Source: Parvularia atlantis (taxonomy: Eukaryota). From it: a stretch of DNA of 61,331 nt. The stretch's first letter is position 1. Each line of letters begins with the position of its first letter. The DNA lies in NCBI GenBank assembly GCA_943704415.1, contig CALSCO010001647.1, positions 1-61,331 on the forward strand. Direction: 5' to 3'. The notes beneath the pieces were generated by a model. That model ran no database searches. It saw only the letters and a list, made by a program, of their open reading frames with translations, and had not been told where the DNA came from. Shown one piece after another: positions 37,601 to 50,250 of the stretch. The translations under genes and the position numbers were made by a program.

Positions 37601-40600
37601 CGGGTCGCAGCGACGGACGAGCTGCACGAGCTCCTCCAGCAGCGCGGCCTCGCTCGTCACGTGGAACGCGTCGAAGCCCGTCACGCCCGTCAGCTCGGTG
37701 ATGCGACGCGGCACCGAGCCCACGTCCGCGCACGTCTCGCTGTCCGAGTGCTCCAGCGCAATCACGCCCGGGTGGAAGCCCGCCTGGTACGCCAGCGTCC
37801 CCGTCAGCTCGGGCGAGTGCACGGCCTGGCGATCGTCGTGCAGGCAGAAGAACACGGCCGCGATCGCGTCGTGCACGGGGTCGGGCAGCAGGTCGCGCCG
37901 CGAGTGCGCCAGCACCTCGACCGAGAGCGCGCGCAGGTGCTGCTTCTGGAAAAGCATCTCGCTCGCGGCCGCGGCCGTGCTCGAGCTCACCGGCGACACC
38001 TTGAAGCCGTGCGGGTTGCGCGGCGTCGGGCCCTCGATCTGCGACACGCGCCGCAGCTGATCGCGGCCGGGTGGCGGCGGCATCGCGGCAGAGGCCGGTG
38101 CGGGAGCTGGCGCGGGCGCCAGCACCAGCGCTGGTGCTGAGGTGGGCGCGGGGGTGCGTCGCGGCATCCGGGGCGACTTGGCCTTGGCGGGGGTGGTGGA
38201 CGTGACCATGGGCAGGTTGATCACGAACGACGGGCCCGTGGGCGACGACGGGGCCGGGTCGTCATCCACGGCCGTGTCCGCGTCTTCGCCGTCGTCATCG
38301 TCGTCGTTCACGGTGCGGCTGCGAGGTGTCGCAGACGCTACGGCGAGGTCCAGCGCCAGCGGCGGAGGCTTCAGGTACAGCAACGTCCGCGCTCTGCGAA
38401 CGGGCCTGTCAGCGCATACTGTAGAGCAAGCCGACGTGACGCGCACCGCTTCGGCGGTCGCAGGCGGCGGTGCGCAGCCGCGCCGACAAAGTCTGCGTGC
38501 GGTCGCAAGCTCAGAAGGCGTCACGGCAGCCAACACGCACTGCTCACCCGGTAGGTCGTCCGTCGTCATCGCCTTAAAGACGTACTCGCGCCCCGCAAAC
38601 AGACGCGGGCGCGCGGGAATGTCGCTCGGGTTTGAGAAGAACGGCTCGCGGTACACGGCCGCGGGCACGCCGTACCTGCGCCTGCACTGTCAGCGGGGGA
38701 AGCGCAGCGCGTGCATTCGGCGCACTTTTCGCGTGCAGAATGCAGCAGGTCTGGCAGTGCGGGCGGCGCGGTACGGTAGCGCAGGATCGTGCTCGGCAGC
38801 GGTGTCAGCACGACGGGCGTGACGCGTGCTGATGCCTCGGCTGGCGCGATGGCCGCGGTTGGCGGTGCGTCGCTCGGTCGAGTGCGCGTCCCAGCGTCCA
38901 CGTTCATCGGCGACTCGTGGTCGTCCTCAGCCCGGCTCGCCTCGGCGTCAGGCACCGGCCCCTTCACCGCAATCTCGACCACAGCTGCCCCGGGCGACGG
39001 GCTGCGCGACACGTCCGCCATGACTTCGGCCGTCGATACCGGTCCAGGTAGGTCCGTCGCAACGGGCGCAGACGACAGCGACATGGCCAGCGCCGAGTCC
39101 GACGAGGGCGACCGCTCGGCCGGCGTTGCGGGCGTCGCAGGAGTCGCCATCGCCGCCGGCACCCACAGGCCCTGCTGGCACAGCTCGAAGCGGCGCACGG
39201 CCCCTGCGCTAGGACGCCACAGGCGGCGTTCGTACTGCTCGATGCGCGTCGCCGGGTCGATGGCCTGCCGCGGCCACGCAGTCAGCAGGGCGTCGTCGCA
39301 CGGCCCAAGAGGGCGTGCCAGATACGGCCGTCGTAGGGCAGCGCGCTCGCTGGGCGACATCGTCTCGGCTAAGCTCGATGTCCTCGCACGCTTGGCCGAC
39401 GGCGGCGACGTGGCAGGCTGTGCGCGCTGAATGGGACACAAAAGGCACGCACGCCAACGGTCCGCACCTCATCGCTGTCCGCCGCGCCGTCGTACTGCAA
39501 CACCGTGTGCCCGCGCTTGCGCGATGGCTGCGGCGACGCGTCGTCTTGCGGCACAGCGCTGGCCTCGCTCGCTGGCGGCGGCAACGGCGATGAAGACGAC
39601 GGCGACGACGGCGTGGGCGTCGGCGAGTGCCACGACGCCACCGGCGGTGCTGCTGCTGCTTCGTCCTCGGCCAGATCGAGGCGCGTCGACAGGCGGCGCA
39701 GCTCGGCGGCGGAGAGCGCGGCGCGCGGACGCCCGGAGCTGTTGACAACGTCAGGCGAGAAAGCCGATCGAGTTCGCGAGCGCGCGCGTTCGGTCTGCTG
39801 CGGCGTCTGGCTGCTCGGGAACCAAAACTCGTCCACCGACGCGTCGTTGCTGTGTGCGCGCACACAGGTCAGTAGCAGCGTCAGCCAGGCACTTGCCGCC
39901 CGACGTACAGGTGCAGCGCGATGTCCTCGGCCTCGTCGAGCTCCTCCATGATCGCGGCCAGGTCCTCGTCGCGCATCTCTGGCGGCGGCGCCGCGGCGCT
40001 GCTGCGTCGGTCCGCGCTGAACACCTGCGACGCCAGGTCTGGTGCGACGGCGCCGGTCTTGGCCGACGACCGCCGTCTCGTCGTTGATGGCGTCGACGAC
40101 GTGCGCCCGCTCGCGCCCCACGAGAAGAACTGAGCCACATCCTCAGCGTCGCCTGCACGCTCGCTCGCACGCTCGGCCATGCGCTCGCCCACGCGCGCGT
40201 CGTACATGTCGGAGAGCATCGCCTGGGCCTCGCGCTCGAGCTCGTCCTCCGCTGCGGTCGCCGCGTCGGCATCCTCTGCCAGCTGCGTTGCGAGCACGAG
40301 CCGCGCGTCGACGTCCTGCAGCGCGTCCTCCTCGCTCGCGGGCGACAACTGCGGCCGGAACGGGTCGCGCCCGGGCGTGCCGCTGGTCGTAGGTGACATC
40401 GCGGCGAGCACGGTGCCGACAGCGAGTTGCGACGGTCGTGTGGACGACGGCGACGGCGTCTGCGACGGGAAGCGCAGCGGCGGGAAGGCGACTGCCGGCC
40501 AGGCCGCGAGCCACTGCGCGTTGTGCACGGGCGAGGCCAGTCCTGCGCGCCCGGTGAGGCTCAGCTGCGCGTGCGACCAGAGCGGGTCCTGCGCCAGCCG

Positions 40601-42746
40601 CACGCCCCGTGACCCCGGCGACGCCTGCGACGGCTGCACGGGCTCGCGCCCGCCCGCGCCCCAGCGTGCCGCGGGGCTGCTGCGCGTCGCGGCCGGGAGT
40701 CCCTCGCGCACGAGGCTGTCGGTCGGCGCGGAGGACGGCGTCGTCTGCCCGTCGGCCTGCGCTTGCTGTGGCTGCTGCGGTTGCTGCGGCGCCTGCTGCT
40801 GCTGCCTGGCGTTGCGGTAGCGCTGCCACGCGCGCACAGTGGCCACGTCGTCCCCGACCTCGAGCTCAGGGTCGTTCTCGTCCCACAGGTCGCCCTCGGC
40901 CGCGAGCAGCTCGTTGATCGTTGAGGCCATCAGCCGCGCGCCCGTGTCCACGCCCGTGCTCGCCTGCTGGCCGATGTCGGCCGCATCGCGCGTCGTCGGC
41001 GCCGGTGGCCAACCGTGAAACCCGGCGCGGCCAGCGGTGTGCTGCGGCGCAGGTGCGGGTGCGGGTGCTGGTGCGGTTGCGCGTACGGGTGCGGCTGCGG
41101 GTGCCACCCCGGCCCCGGCCGCGGCCGCGAGCTTGTCGCCCTCGAGCAGCTCGCGGTAGACGTGGTCGTAGCGCTGGCCGCCGTAGACGGACGTCGCCTC
41201 GCGCCGCTCCTGCGACTGCTCGGGCGTGAACTTGGGCGAGAGCTCCTGTTTGATGCGGCGGCGCTTCTCGTCCTGCGGCGCCCGCGTCGAGCGTCAACAC
41301 ATGCCCCATAGCGCGACACCGCCACACCTCCCAGATGTCAGCGAGCGAGCGCACAAGCTTGTGGTCGTGGTCGCTTGTCTGGGCGACGGGTGCACCGGCC
41401 GCGGGCGTGTCGTCGAGGCGCAGATTCCACCGGTTGAGGATCGCTGCGGCGCGGCGTGAGTGTGCGCCCACGGCCGGCTGTGTGCGTGCCCCATACCGGA
41501 CGCGATCGTGTCGGCCTCGAGCGCGCAGAAGCTCTCGCGCGCGGCCAGGGCGTGGCTGGCGAGCCAGACGGCGTTGGCCGGCACGGTCGCGGACGTGTAC
41601 AGCGTCGTGTTCTCCTTGCCTGCACCGCGCGCACTCGCCGCCGTCATGCCGCTGCGCGTCCACACGCCAGGGCGCACCGGCCATGAGCAGCGAGCGCGGC
41701 AGCCTGAGCGGCGACATTGGCGAGCTGCGCACGTCGAGGCGGCTGGCCGGCGGCGCGGCGTCTGCGTGTGGGATCAATGAGCAGCGACGGCGGGACCACG
41801 CGGGCGGCGCGGCAGCACCGGCGGGCAGGTCGGGCCGGAAGATGCAGTGCGACAGGTCGATGAAGTCCATCCCAAACAGGTTGTAGTCGATGAAGAACTG
41901 GAGCAGGTACGGGATGTGCGACTGCGGACGGGCGAGCGGCAAGTCAGCGGCCTGCTTGGTGTGCGCGCAGTCGGGGGCGCGCCTCGTGCGGCTGCATGGG
42001 CGTGCTCATAAGCGCGCCGTTCTGCAGCAGCATCGCGGCCTTCTTCAGGCGCGCCGGGTTGATGCTGCGCATCGGTCAGCGCGCTAAAGAGACGGCGTCC
42101 CAGGCCACGCACAGGTAAATCTTGAGGAAGAGGCGGTCCGAGGGCGTGAAGCCGTAGATCGGGTTTCCGCGCACGAGCTCCACCTGCAGCACGTGCTGCA
42201 CGCGCCGGTCGTTGTGCGCGAGCGGCCGTCCGCGCGGCTCCTCGCCCGCGGCGCTCTTGTCGATGCCAGCGCCCGTCGGTGGCCCGCCGGGCGGTCGCAG
42301 CGACAGCTCAATCGCTTGGTTGAGGCCTGCGTGCAGCCGGCGGCGGTACTCGTAGCCTGCGCCCCGCGCGGCGTGAGCGGTGCGGCGCGGTGCGGGGTGG
42401 GGCGCGCACACTGCTCTGGCTCGACCGGCCCGACGTACGGCACAAAGAAGTACGGGAAGACCTGTGTCGCGCGCGTCGGGGCAGGCCCTGCGCACGCGCG
42501 CGCGCACGCACGCACCTGGTGCACGTGCAGGCACACGTTCTGGCCCATCGGCGTCGCGCCAAAGACGCGCACGACGGGCACGTAGTCGAGCTCGGCGCCC
42601 GTGTCGGCGCTCGTCGACGGCACGTGTGTGACGTCGGCGCTGGGCTGCGGCACGACCATGCGGAAGTCGAGCCAGAGGATGCGCACGCGCAGCACGGCGG
42701 GCGGGCGCGGCGCGCGCGGCGGCGGCCTCGATGGCGGCGTCGACAT
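34642..42746 (-). CDS. REV3: DNA polymerase zeta catalytic subunit
   Basis: VPVVRVFG...CLHVHQVFPYF, SHIPYLLQFFIDYNLFGM, SRGSQYRVES, LDFQSLYPS, ARQLGLKLIANVTYGY, YGDTDS, KKRYVG, EPRFGERV, C-terminal CQIC/CEEC and CRNC/CVSLDC. Confidence 0.96.
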
Positions 42747-42819
42747 CGCCGGTGGCGCGGCGGTGGCGCGACCGCCTCGCAAACCGTCATGCTACCTCCG
42801 CCATGCTGTGATTGGCTTA

Positions 42820-44786
42820 ATGGACCTCAAGCGGGCCGCGCGGTGGGCCGGCCTCGTGGTCGGGCTGCTGCTCGAGGCGTGCTCGGGCACGCTCTACGCG
42901 TGCGTCGCCGCGCGCACCCGGGGCACCGGTGGCAGCGCGCGTCTGAGCGTGCGCGCAGCTGGTCGTCGTACTCGAGCGCGCTCGGCGCACAGCTCGGCTA
43001 CGGCAAGACCGAGGTGAGCGCGACCACCACTGTGTGCCTGTGGCACGCGCGCGCGGGGGCCTCAAACACGGCGGCAGCTCGCGGTCATCGTCGGCATCGG
43101 CGACAACGGGCTGTACCTGAGCAGCGTGTTGGCGGGCTTCCTGAACGTGGGCGTGGGGCCGCGCTGGACGTCGCTGCTCGGTGCGCGGCGCGTGTGCCTC
43201 TCGAGTACAACAAGGCCAACCGCGCACGCAAACACGCGCAGGCGGCGTGCTGCTGTGCTTCGGCTACTTCATGATGGCCTTCACGTACTCGGGCCAGCTC
43301 GCCAACTCCAGCTACATCCTCATGGGCTTCTACCTGTGCCTGGCTGGCGTGGGCTCGTCGTGCGCGTACATTGCCGGTGCGCGACGTGCCGCGCGACGGT
43401 CGTGTCGCACTCAACCCCGCGCGGCGCAGGCCTCTCGACCAACGTGAGCAACTTTGGCTCGAGCACGCGCGGCCTCATCGTCGGCCTGCTCGTGTCGCTC
43501 TACGGGCTGTCGGCGCTCATCTTCACCCAGTTCAACGCGGCGCTGTTTGTCGAAGAGGTCGTGGTGCAGCCCCCGCCCGAGGCCTTCCCGTCCGTGTCGC
43601 CCACGGCGACCGTCACGCCCTCGGCCGGGCCCGTCGCCGTCGGCGACACGTTCTCGTACCTGCTGTTCCTTGGCTACGTGCCTGCGGCCATCTGCCTCAT
43701 CGGCGTCGTGTCGCTCTGGGTCGTCGGTCCCGAGCCCGACCGCGCCGAGACGCTGCGCCCCGTGCACGGCATTGCCGGCGACGACAGCGGCAAGGAGACC
43801 GACACGCTCCTCACGCGGCAGCGCCCGCGGCACGTCGTCGAGACCCAAGTCGAGATCAACTTCTCCACGCGCCGCCTGTTCAAGACGCGCGACTTCTGGC
43901 TGATGTTTGTCGCGGTCATGTTTGGCTCGGGGGCGGGCCTGATGTACATCAACAGGTGCGCTGTCCGCGCTTGGGGGGTGCAGTGGTGCAGCTGACCGGT
44001 TCGCCTCTCGCAGCGTCGGCTACATTGTGAGCGCGCTGGCCCGGCCGGGCCAGGACGTCAAGAGCTACACGGACCTGCAGGTCTCGCTCATCTCGGCCAT
44101 GTCGTGCACGGGCCGCCTGGGCATGGGCCTGCTGTCGGACGTGCTGCTCAAGTTCTTCGGCATGCGCCGGCGCATCCTGTTCTCGTGGTGCCTCGCGATG
44201 ATGCTCGTGGGCCAGGTGCGCGCTCCACGCCGAGCCGCCCGGCCGTCGTGCTCACCGCGTGCGATGCACAGGTGCTCATGCTCTTCGTGGCCGACCTGGA
44301 CGCGCTCACGTTTGTGACGATCGTCATCGGCTTCGCCTACGGCGGCATCTTCTCAATCTCGCCCACGCTCGTGTCGGAGCGCTTTGGCGTCAAGAACTTT
44401 GGCATCAACTGGGTGCGGGCGCGTCGTGCGCGCCTCGCCCGCGCGCTGAACGGGCGCGTCGGCCAGGGCTGGATGTGCTGGGCCACGGCGATCGGCGGCC
44501 AAATTATGACACTGCTCTTTGGCGTGTTTTACGACAGCAAGGTGCGCGTCGCCAGCGAGCCCGTGCGTGTGCGCGCTGACGCGGTGGCCAGGCCGACGAG
44601 GACGAGTACTGCGCGTTTGGCGCGTCGTGCTACCTCCCGGCGTTCTACATCAACACGGCCGCAGTCGGCTGCGGGCTGATCGTCGCCGTGGCGTTCTCGA
44701 TGCGGCGCAAGAGCGAGGAGCTGGCGATCATCCAGCAGCAGAAGCAGGACTCGATCCAGGACGGGGGCGCCGGCGCGTACCACTGA
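42820..44786 (+). CDS. Nodulin-like / MCH1-type MFS transporter
   Basis: GTLYAWSSYS, TNVSNFGSSTRGLIVG...YGLSALIF, DFWLMF..GSGAGLMYIN, GRLGMGLLSD, GFAYGG..SERFGVKNFGINWG. Confidence 0.88.
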
Positions 44787-44926
44787 CGCGGGGGGCCTGC
44801 GGGGCGGGGCCGCGCACGCGCGCGCCTTTCGTTGCTTGCAGTGAGGCGGCTCTTCTTGTTGTTGTCGTTAATGTGCACATGGACCGCGGGGCATTAGAAG
44901 CCAGCAGGCGCGACGGGAGGGCGGGC

Positions 44927-45858
44927 TCACGGCCGCGACATGGTGCGGATGTCGAGCACGAGGTCCATCAGGCCCTCGGCCGCCTTGCGGTAACGCATGT
45001 AGTGCTCGCTCACGAGCGAGAGCTCGTCCTGCGACGCAAAGTACTGCAGCGCCACCCGGTCGGTCTTGGTGCTGCGCATTCGCGTCAGCACAGGGGGTGT
45101 GCGGCCCGCGCAGCACGCACGACGGGTCGCGCTCGACGTAGCTCACGCGCAGATCGCCCTGGCTGCTGCCCGGGTAGTCGAGCGCGCGCGCCATCTCGGC
45201 GTCGGTGACGTGGTCGCGCGCCGGGTCACGCAGGGTCGCGCGCACGAGCGCGTCGTGCGGGCCCGCGCTGTCCCACAGCAGCCACGCGTCGGCCCAGTCG
45301 ATGCCGTTATCGGCCACGAGCCGCTGGCCGATGCGCTCGAGGCGCATGCCCGGCAGGCGCCCCACGGTCGGCTGCAGCACGCGCTGCACGAGCTCGTCCA
45401 CGACCTCGGTCGCCACCGGCTGCCGCCGCGACCCGCCGTAGATGGCCACGAGCACGCACGGCTTGAGCCCGAGCAGGCAGAACAGCACCTCGCCGTCGTA
45501 GTTCATCTTGCGGATGTCGCCGGGCACGCGCTCGCGCTGCTCCGCGCCGAGCGTGTCGGCCCACTGTGCGCGCGCATCGGGGCATCAGCGCCACCGCAGC
45601 GACTCGTCCCGTGCGCCGCCGCCGCACCTCGCGCTCGCGTCGTCGCATCTCGCGCCAGACGTCGACCCGCCGCGCCGGCTGCACGCGCTGCTCCCAGACG
45701 CCCGCCCAGTACCCGCGGCGCCGATCCGCGCGTGCCGCCGCCGTCGGCCGCAGCCGCACCCAGCGCAGCGTCGTCCACACGGCCGCCGCCAGCACCGTCG
45801 CCGCGGCGATCGCCCACAGCGACGGCGACTCGGTTGCCTGAGCGACCTCCTGCCTCAT
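44927..45858 (-). CDS. Uncharacterised protein with N-terminal TM anchor (GLKPxVL...LDYP motifs)
   Basis: Three exons joined by local-style introns; hydrophobic LWAIAAATVLAAAVW; globular region GEVLFCLLGLKPCVL...ARALDYPG...EHYMRY. Confidence 0.65.
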
Positions 45859-45889
45859 CTGCCCGCACACACAATCTGCTCTGCGCCGC

Positions 45890-48838
45890 TCACGACCCGG
45901 CCGACGACGCCGACTCGTCCAGCGCCTCGGGGTATGCCCCGTCGTCGCGCGCCCGCGCCTGTGCGCTGCGACGGGCCGTCAGCATCGACCCAGCAGCACG
46001 GCAACGGGCGCGCCGCCGCACCTCGCTGGCCCCATTAGGCCGGCGCCGCGGTGCAGCCGGTCGAGCTTCTTCAGGTCGACCTTCTCCTTGCCCGAGAAGT
46101 ACAGCGGCTTGCTGTTGCCCTCGGCCACGGCGGCCGTCACGACGACCGTGTGCACGTCCGACTGCGGCGTCTCGTACATCGGGTCCTGCGCCCTCTCGTC
46201 AGCGACCGAAACAGGCAGCTGACTCCTCAACGCACCAGCAGGATGCGCTCCATGATCGCCCGCAGCCCGCGTGCCCCCGTCTTCTTCGTCTGTGCGATGC
46301 GCGCCACGGCCTCGCACGCGTCTGGCGTAAAGTGCAGCTTGATCTGGCGCGGGGGCGCCGCACCGTCAAGCGACCAAAGCGTCCCGGGCGCGACGGCGCA
46401 CCTGATTCATCTCAAACATGGACTGGTACTGCCGCAGCAGCGCATTCTTGGGCTCGGTCAGCACGCGCACGAGGTCGCGCAGGCTCAGCAGCTTGGTCGA
46501 CACGACGACGGGGCAGCGGCCCACAAACTCCGGGATCATGCCAAACTTGATCAGGTCCGACGGCTCGGCCTGGTCCAGCACCCAGTCGTCGGCCACGTCT
46601 GCTCGCCGCAGCGCATCGCTGTCCGCTGCGCTGTTGCCGCCCAGGCCGTCCAGCGCCACCGCCGCCGCCGACCAGGCTGCGTTTGGCCCGCTGTCGACGC
46701 TGCCGACGGACGCGTGGAAGCCGATGCTCTGCCGAGCGCGCTGTCAGCGCCAAGCGCGCTCGGCAGCCGCACAGCCGCACCTTCTTGTTGGTCCGCTCGA
46801 GGATGACCTTCTCCAGCCCGTTGAACGCGCCGCTGAGGATGAAGAGAATGTTGGTCGTGTCGACCGCGATAAACTCGCCGCGCGGGTTCTTCCGCCCGCC
46901 CTTGTCCGGCACATTAACCACCGAGCCCTATTGCGGGCGCCACGGAACGTGTCAGTGCGCACCAGCGACCCGCGCGCATCGCACCTCGAGCATCTTCAGG
47001 AGGCCCTGCTGCACGCCCTCGCCGCTCACGTCGCGCGTGATGTTGAAGTTCTCGGACGTCTTGGCGATCTTGTCGATCTCGTCAATGAACACGATGCCTG
47101 TGTGCGCGTGAGCCCGGGCTTGCAATGCGCCGTCCGCGCTCGCCGCGTACCCTGCTGCGCCTTCTCCACGTTGAACTCGCAGTTCTGCGCGGCGCGCACA
47201 AGCGTCGGTCAGCCCGCTCGCACCAGGGTGGGCGGGGCGCACCTGCAGAAGCCGGAACAGCACCGACTCGACGTCCTCGCCAACGTAGCCGGCCTGGCGG
47301 CAGTGTACAGCGCGTCAGCCATACGGCTTGCCCGAATGACCGAGCACGCCGACGCGCCTGCGTGATCGTCGTCGCGTCGCTCATCGAGAACGGCACATTG
47401 AGCATGCGCGCGAGCGTCCGTGCCAGCAGCGTCTTGCCTGCGTAAGCGCGGGCGTGAGCGATGTGGCGCTCTGGCTGCATGGCCGTGACGCGCACCGGAG
47501 CCGGTCGGCCCGAGCAGAAGGATGTTGCTCTTGTCAAACATCATCTCGGCCTTGCCCGCGCCCTTGGCCTTGCTGGACGCGGGTGTGGGCGGGCCTGTGT
47601 GGTGCACGTCAGCAGCAAAGCGGTCGCGCAGACGGGCGAGCGGCCTTACGCTGGCCGGCCGCGATCGCTGCCTTGCGTTCTGTCGAGCGGTCGCGTCATC
47701 AGCCTGCCACAACACACAGCGCAGCGTGGGGCGCGCTCGCACCGGCATCGAGCGCCTGCAGGTTCGAGCGCACGCGGTTGTAGTGGTTGAACACGGCCAC
47801 GCCGAGCACGCGCTTCGCGCGGTCCTGACCGATCACAAATTCGTCCAGCGACTTGCTCAGCTGCGGCGAGCGCTTGAGTCGCGCCAGTGTGTGCGCGGCC
47901 ATGCACACACCGTGCGCGGGTTGTGCGCGCGCAGGTGGTCGTACGGGTCGGCCTCCTCGGCGTCATCCTGCGACGGCTCGACCGCGTCCAGCAGCGCCGA
48001 GAAGTTGCGCATGTAGAACGACTTGTCTGCGTTGCCAAGGCGGTGAGTGGCATCACTGGCGCAGCGCGCGCAACACACCGCCGCCGGTGCCGGTGCTGGC
48101 CGCGGGCGGCGGCGTGATCGGGATGCTAGCCTTGGGCCGCGGCTGCTCGTGTGCCTCGGCGGCCTGGTCCGTCTGCATAAATAGGAAGAGGCAGTCGGTG
48201 CAGAGTGAGACGCGCGGGCTGTCTGCGACGCGAGGCACGAGACGCGGTCAGGAGGGCGGGGGTACACCGAGCAGCATCCGCGCGCACTCGTCAGCCGGGT
48301 GAGGTACTGCTGCTTGCACCGCGGGCACCTTTGCGGCTTGGCGAGGGCCTCGGCCGCGGCGCGCTCGCTGGCCAGCGTGGCCTTGGCCTTGCCGACGAAG
48401 CCGATTTGCGCGAGCGTGTCCTTGGCCTTGGCCGCGTCGGGCGCGGCCGTGAACGGCTGCTGTTTGCGTGTGTGCGGGTGAGTGCCCAGGCGCAGCGCGG
48501 GCAGCAGGCGCGGCGGCGCGCACCAGCGGCGGCATCGACGGCGGCTCGTGCGCGTCGCCGTCCGCCGTCTTCCCGCCGGCCTCCTTCCCGACGCCGGCGC
48601 CGCCGTCGACGCGCGGCTGCTGCTGCCCGGACTGCTCGTCACCGCGTCGCGGCCGGTCGTCATCGCCTCCGCCGCCGCCGCCGGCGCCCCCACTGCTCGC
48701 GCCGCCGCCGGCCCCACCCTCGCCGCCCGCACCCGTCACCAGCGCGCGCAGCCCGCCCAGCCGCAGCCGCAGCCGCGCGCGCGGCGGCACCGGCCCGGCC
48801 GAACCCGGCGTCCGCCGCAGGGCGTGCACAAGAAGCAT
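45890..48838 (-). CDS. CLPX: Mitochondrial ATP-dependent Clp protease ATPase subunit
   Basis: CPRC..CTDC finger, [80 protein letters not shown]. Start could be 48862. Confidence 0.96.
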
Positions 48839-48860
48839 GACAGTTCGAATTTGTGTAGCC

Positions 48861-50160
48861 ATGAGTCAGGCCAAGCGGCGGCGCGAGGACGATGATGGCG
48901 GCGGGGTGGCCGGCGACCGCGACGGCGCGGCGGACGAGGCGGGCGCGGCGGGGGCGCCGGCCGAGGACGACGAGGGCGAGGACGAGGCGGGCGCGGCGGC
49001 CGAGGACGACGACGATGACGACGGCGAGAGCGACGCGCTGGCGGCCGTGGCCGGCGACGACGAGTACCTGCCCGCCGACATGTCGCAGGCCGCGCGCACC
49101 GTCTGGCTCATGAAGGCGCGCGACACGGTGAGTGCGGTGGCGGCGGCGGCAGGCTGACGCAGCGCACGTGCGTCCGGTAGGTGCCCGCGTGGCTGTACAC
49201 GCACTGGGCGGCGTGCGAGCAGGACAACGCCGACCTCGGCAGCGTGTCGATCCACACGGACGCCGACCCCAATAAGCCGCCGCGTGTGCTGCTCACGCTG
49301 ACCGACACGCCGTTCGACCGCGGTGCCGTCGCTGTCGCGCGTTGCTGCCCGTCGCGTGCGTCCCGCTCACATCGCGCGCGCAGGCTACCCAAAGCAGTTC
49401 GAGGTCAAGACGGTCGATGACGTGCACCCGTCGGCGGCGTACGCGTTCAGCGACAACAACAACCGTGCGTCCCTCGCGGGCGAGGCCTGCATGCGTGCGT
49501 GCGTGGGTCATGCTGAGCGTCTCGTGCGCGCCAGGTGTCACGTTCGAGGGCGTCGTGAGCCACAAGTTCTCGGTTGACCCGATCAAGAGCGACGAGTACT
49601 ACCGCTTCATGCAGGAAGAGTGAGCGTGCGTCACCGCGCGCCGCGCGGACTGACACGCGCGCCCGCCGCCAGGGTGCAGAAAAACATCCCGCAGAGCGAG
49701 ATCGTGCTCGCGTCCAACCAGCGCGAGGCCGTGCGCTCGATGCGGCAGACGGCGGCCGAGGCACGTGCGCCCGCGCTCGCCGCTCGACGTGTGCTGACCG
49801 CTGCGCCGCGCTGCAGGTCCGCCGCAGCAAGGAGCTGTTCTACGAGAAGCGCAACGAGCGCCTGCCCAAGGAGCGCGTGCGCCAGATCATCTTTGAGTGC
49901 TTTCATAAGCACAAGTACTGGAACCTCAAGGGCCTCAAGGACGCAACGCGGCAGCCTGAGGTGCGCCCTTGTGCCACATGGACGCGCAGCCAGCCCACAC
50001 GCTCGCGCGGCGCCAGGTCTACCTTAAGGAGATCCTGGGCGAGCTGTGCACGTACAACCGCTCGGGCAAGTTCATGATGACGTACCAGCTCAAGCCCGAG
50101 TTTGTGGCCAACGTCGCCGCGCCCGAGACGTCCAACGTCGAGAACGACCTGATGCTGTAA
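48861..50160 (+). CDS. GTF2F2: Transcription initiation factor IIF beta subunit
   Basis: VWLMKVP near N-terminus; winged helix IFECFHKHKYWNLKGLKDATRQPEVYLKEILGEL..YQLKPEF. Confidence 0.92.
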
Positions 50161-50250
50161 CACTAAGACTGCGCGCACGGCGACACACACCCACGGAGAG
50201 CAGGGGACAAAGAATAGAGCGGAGCGCATGCGCGGCGGAGCGCGCTCGTA

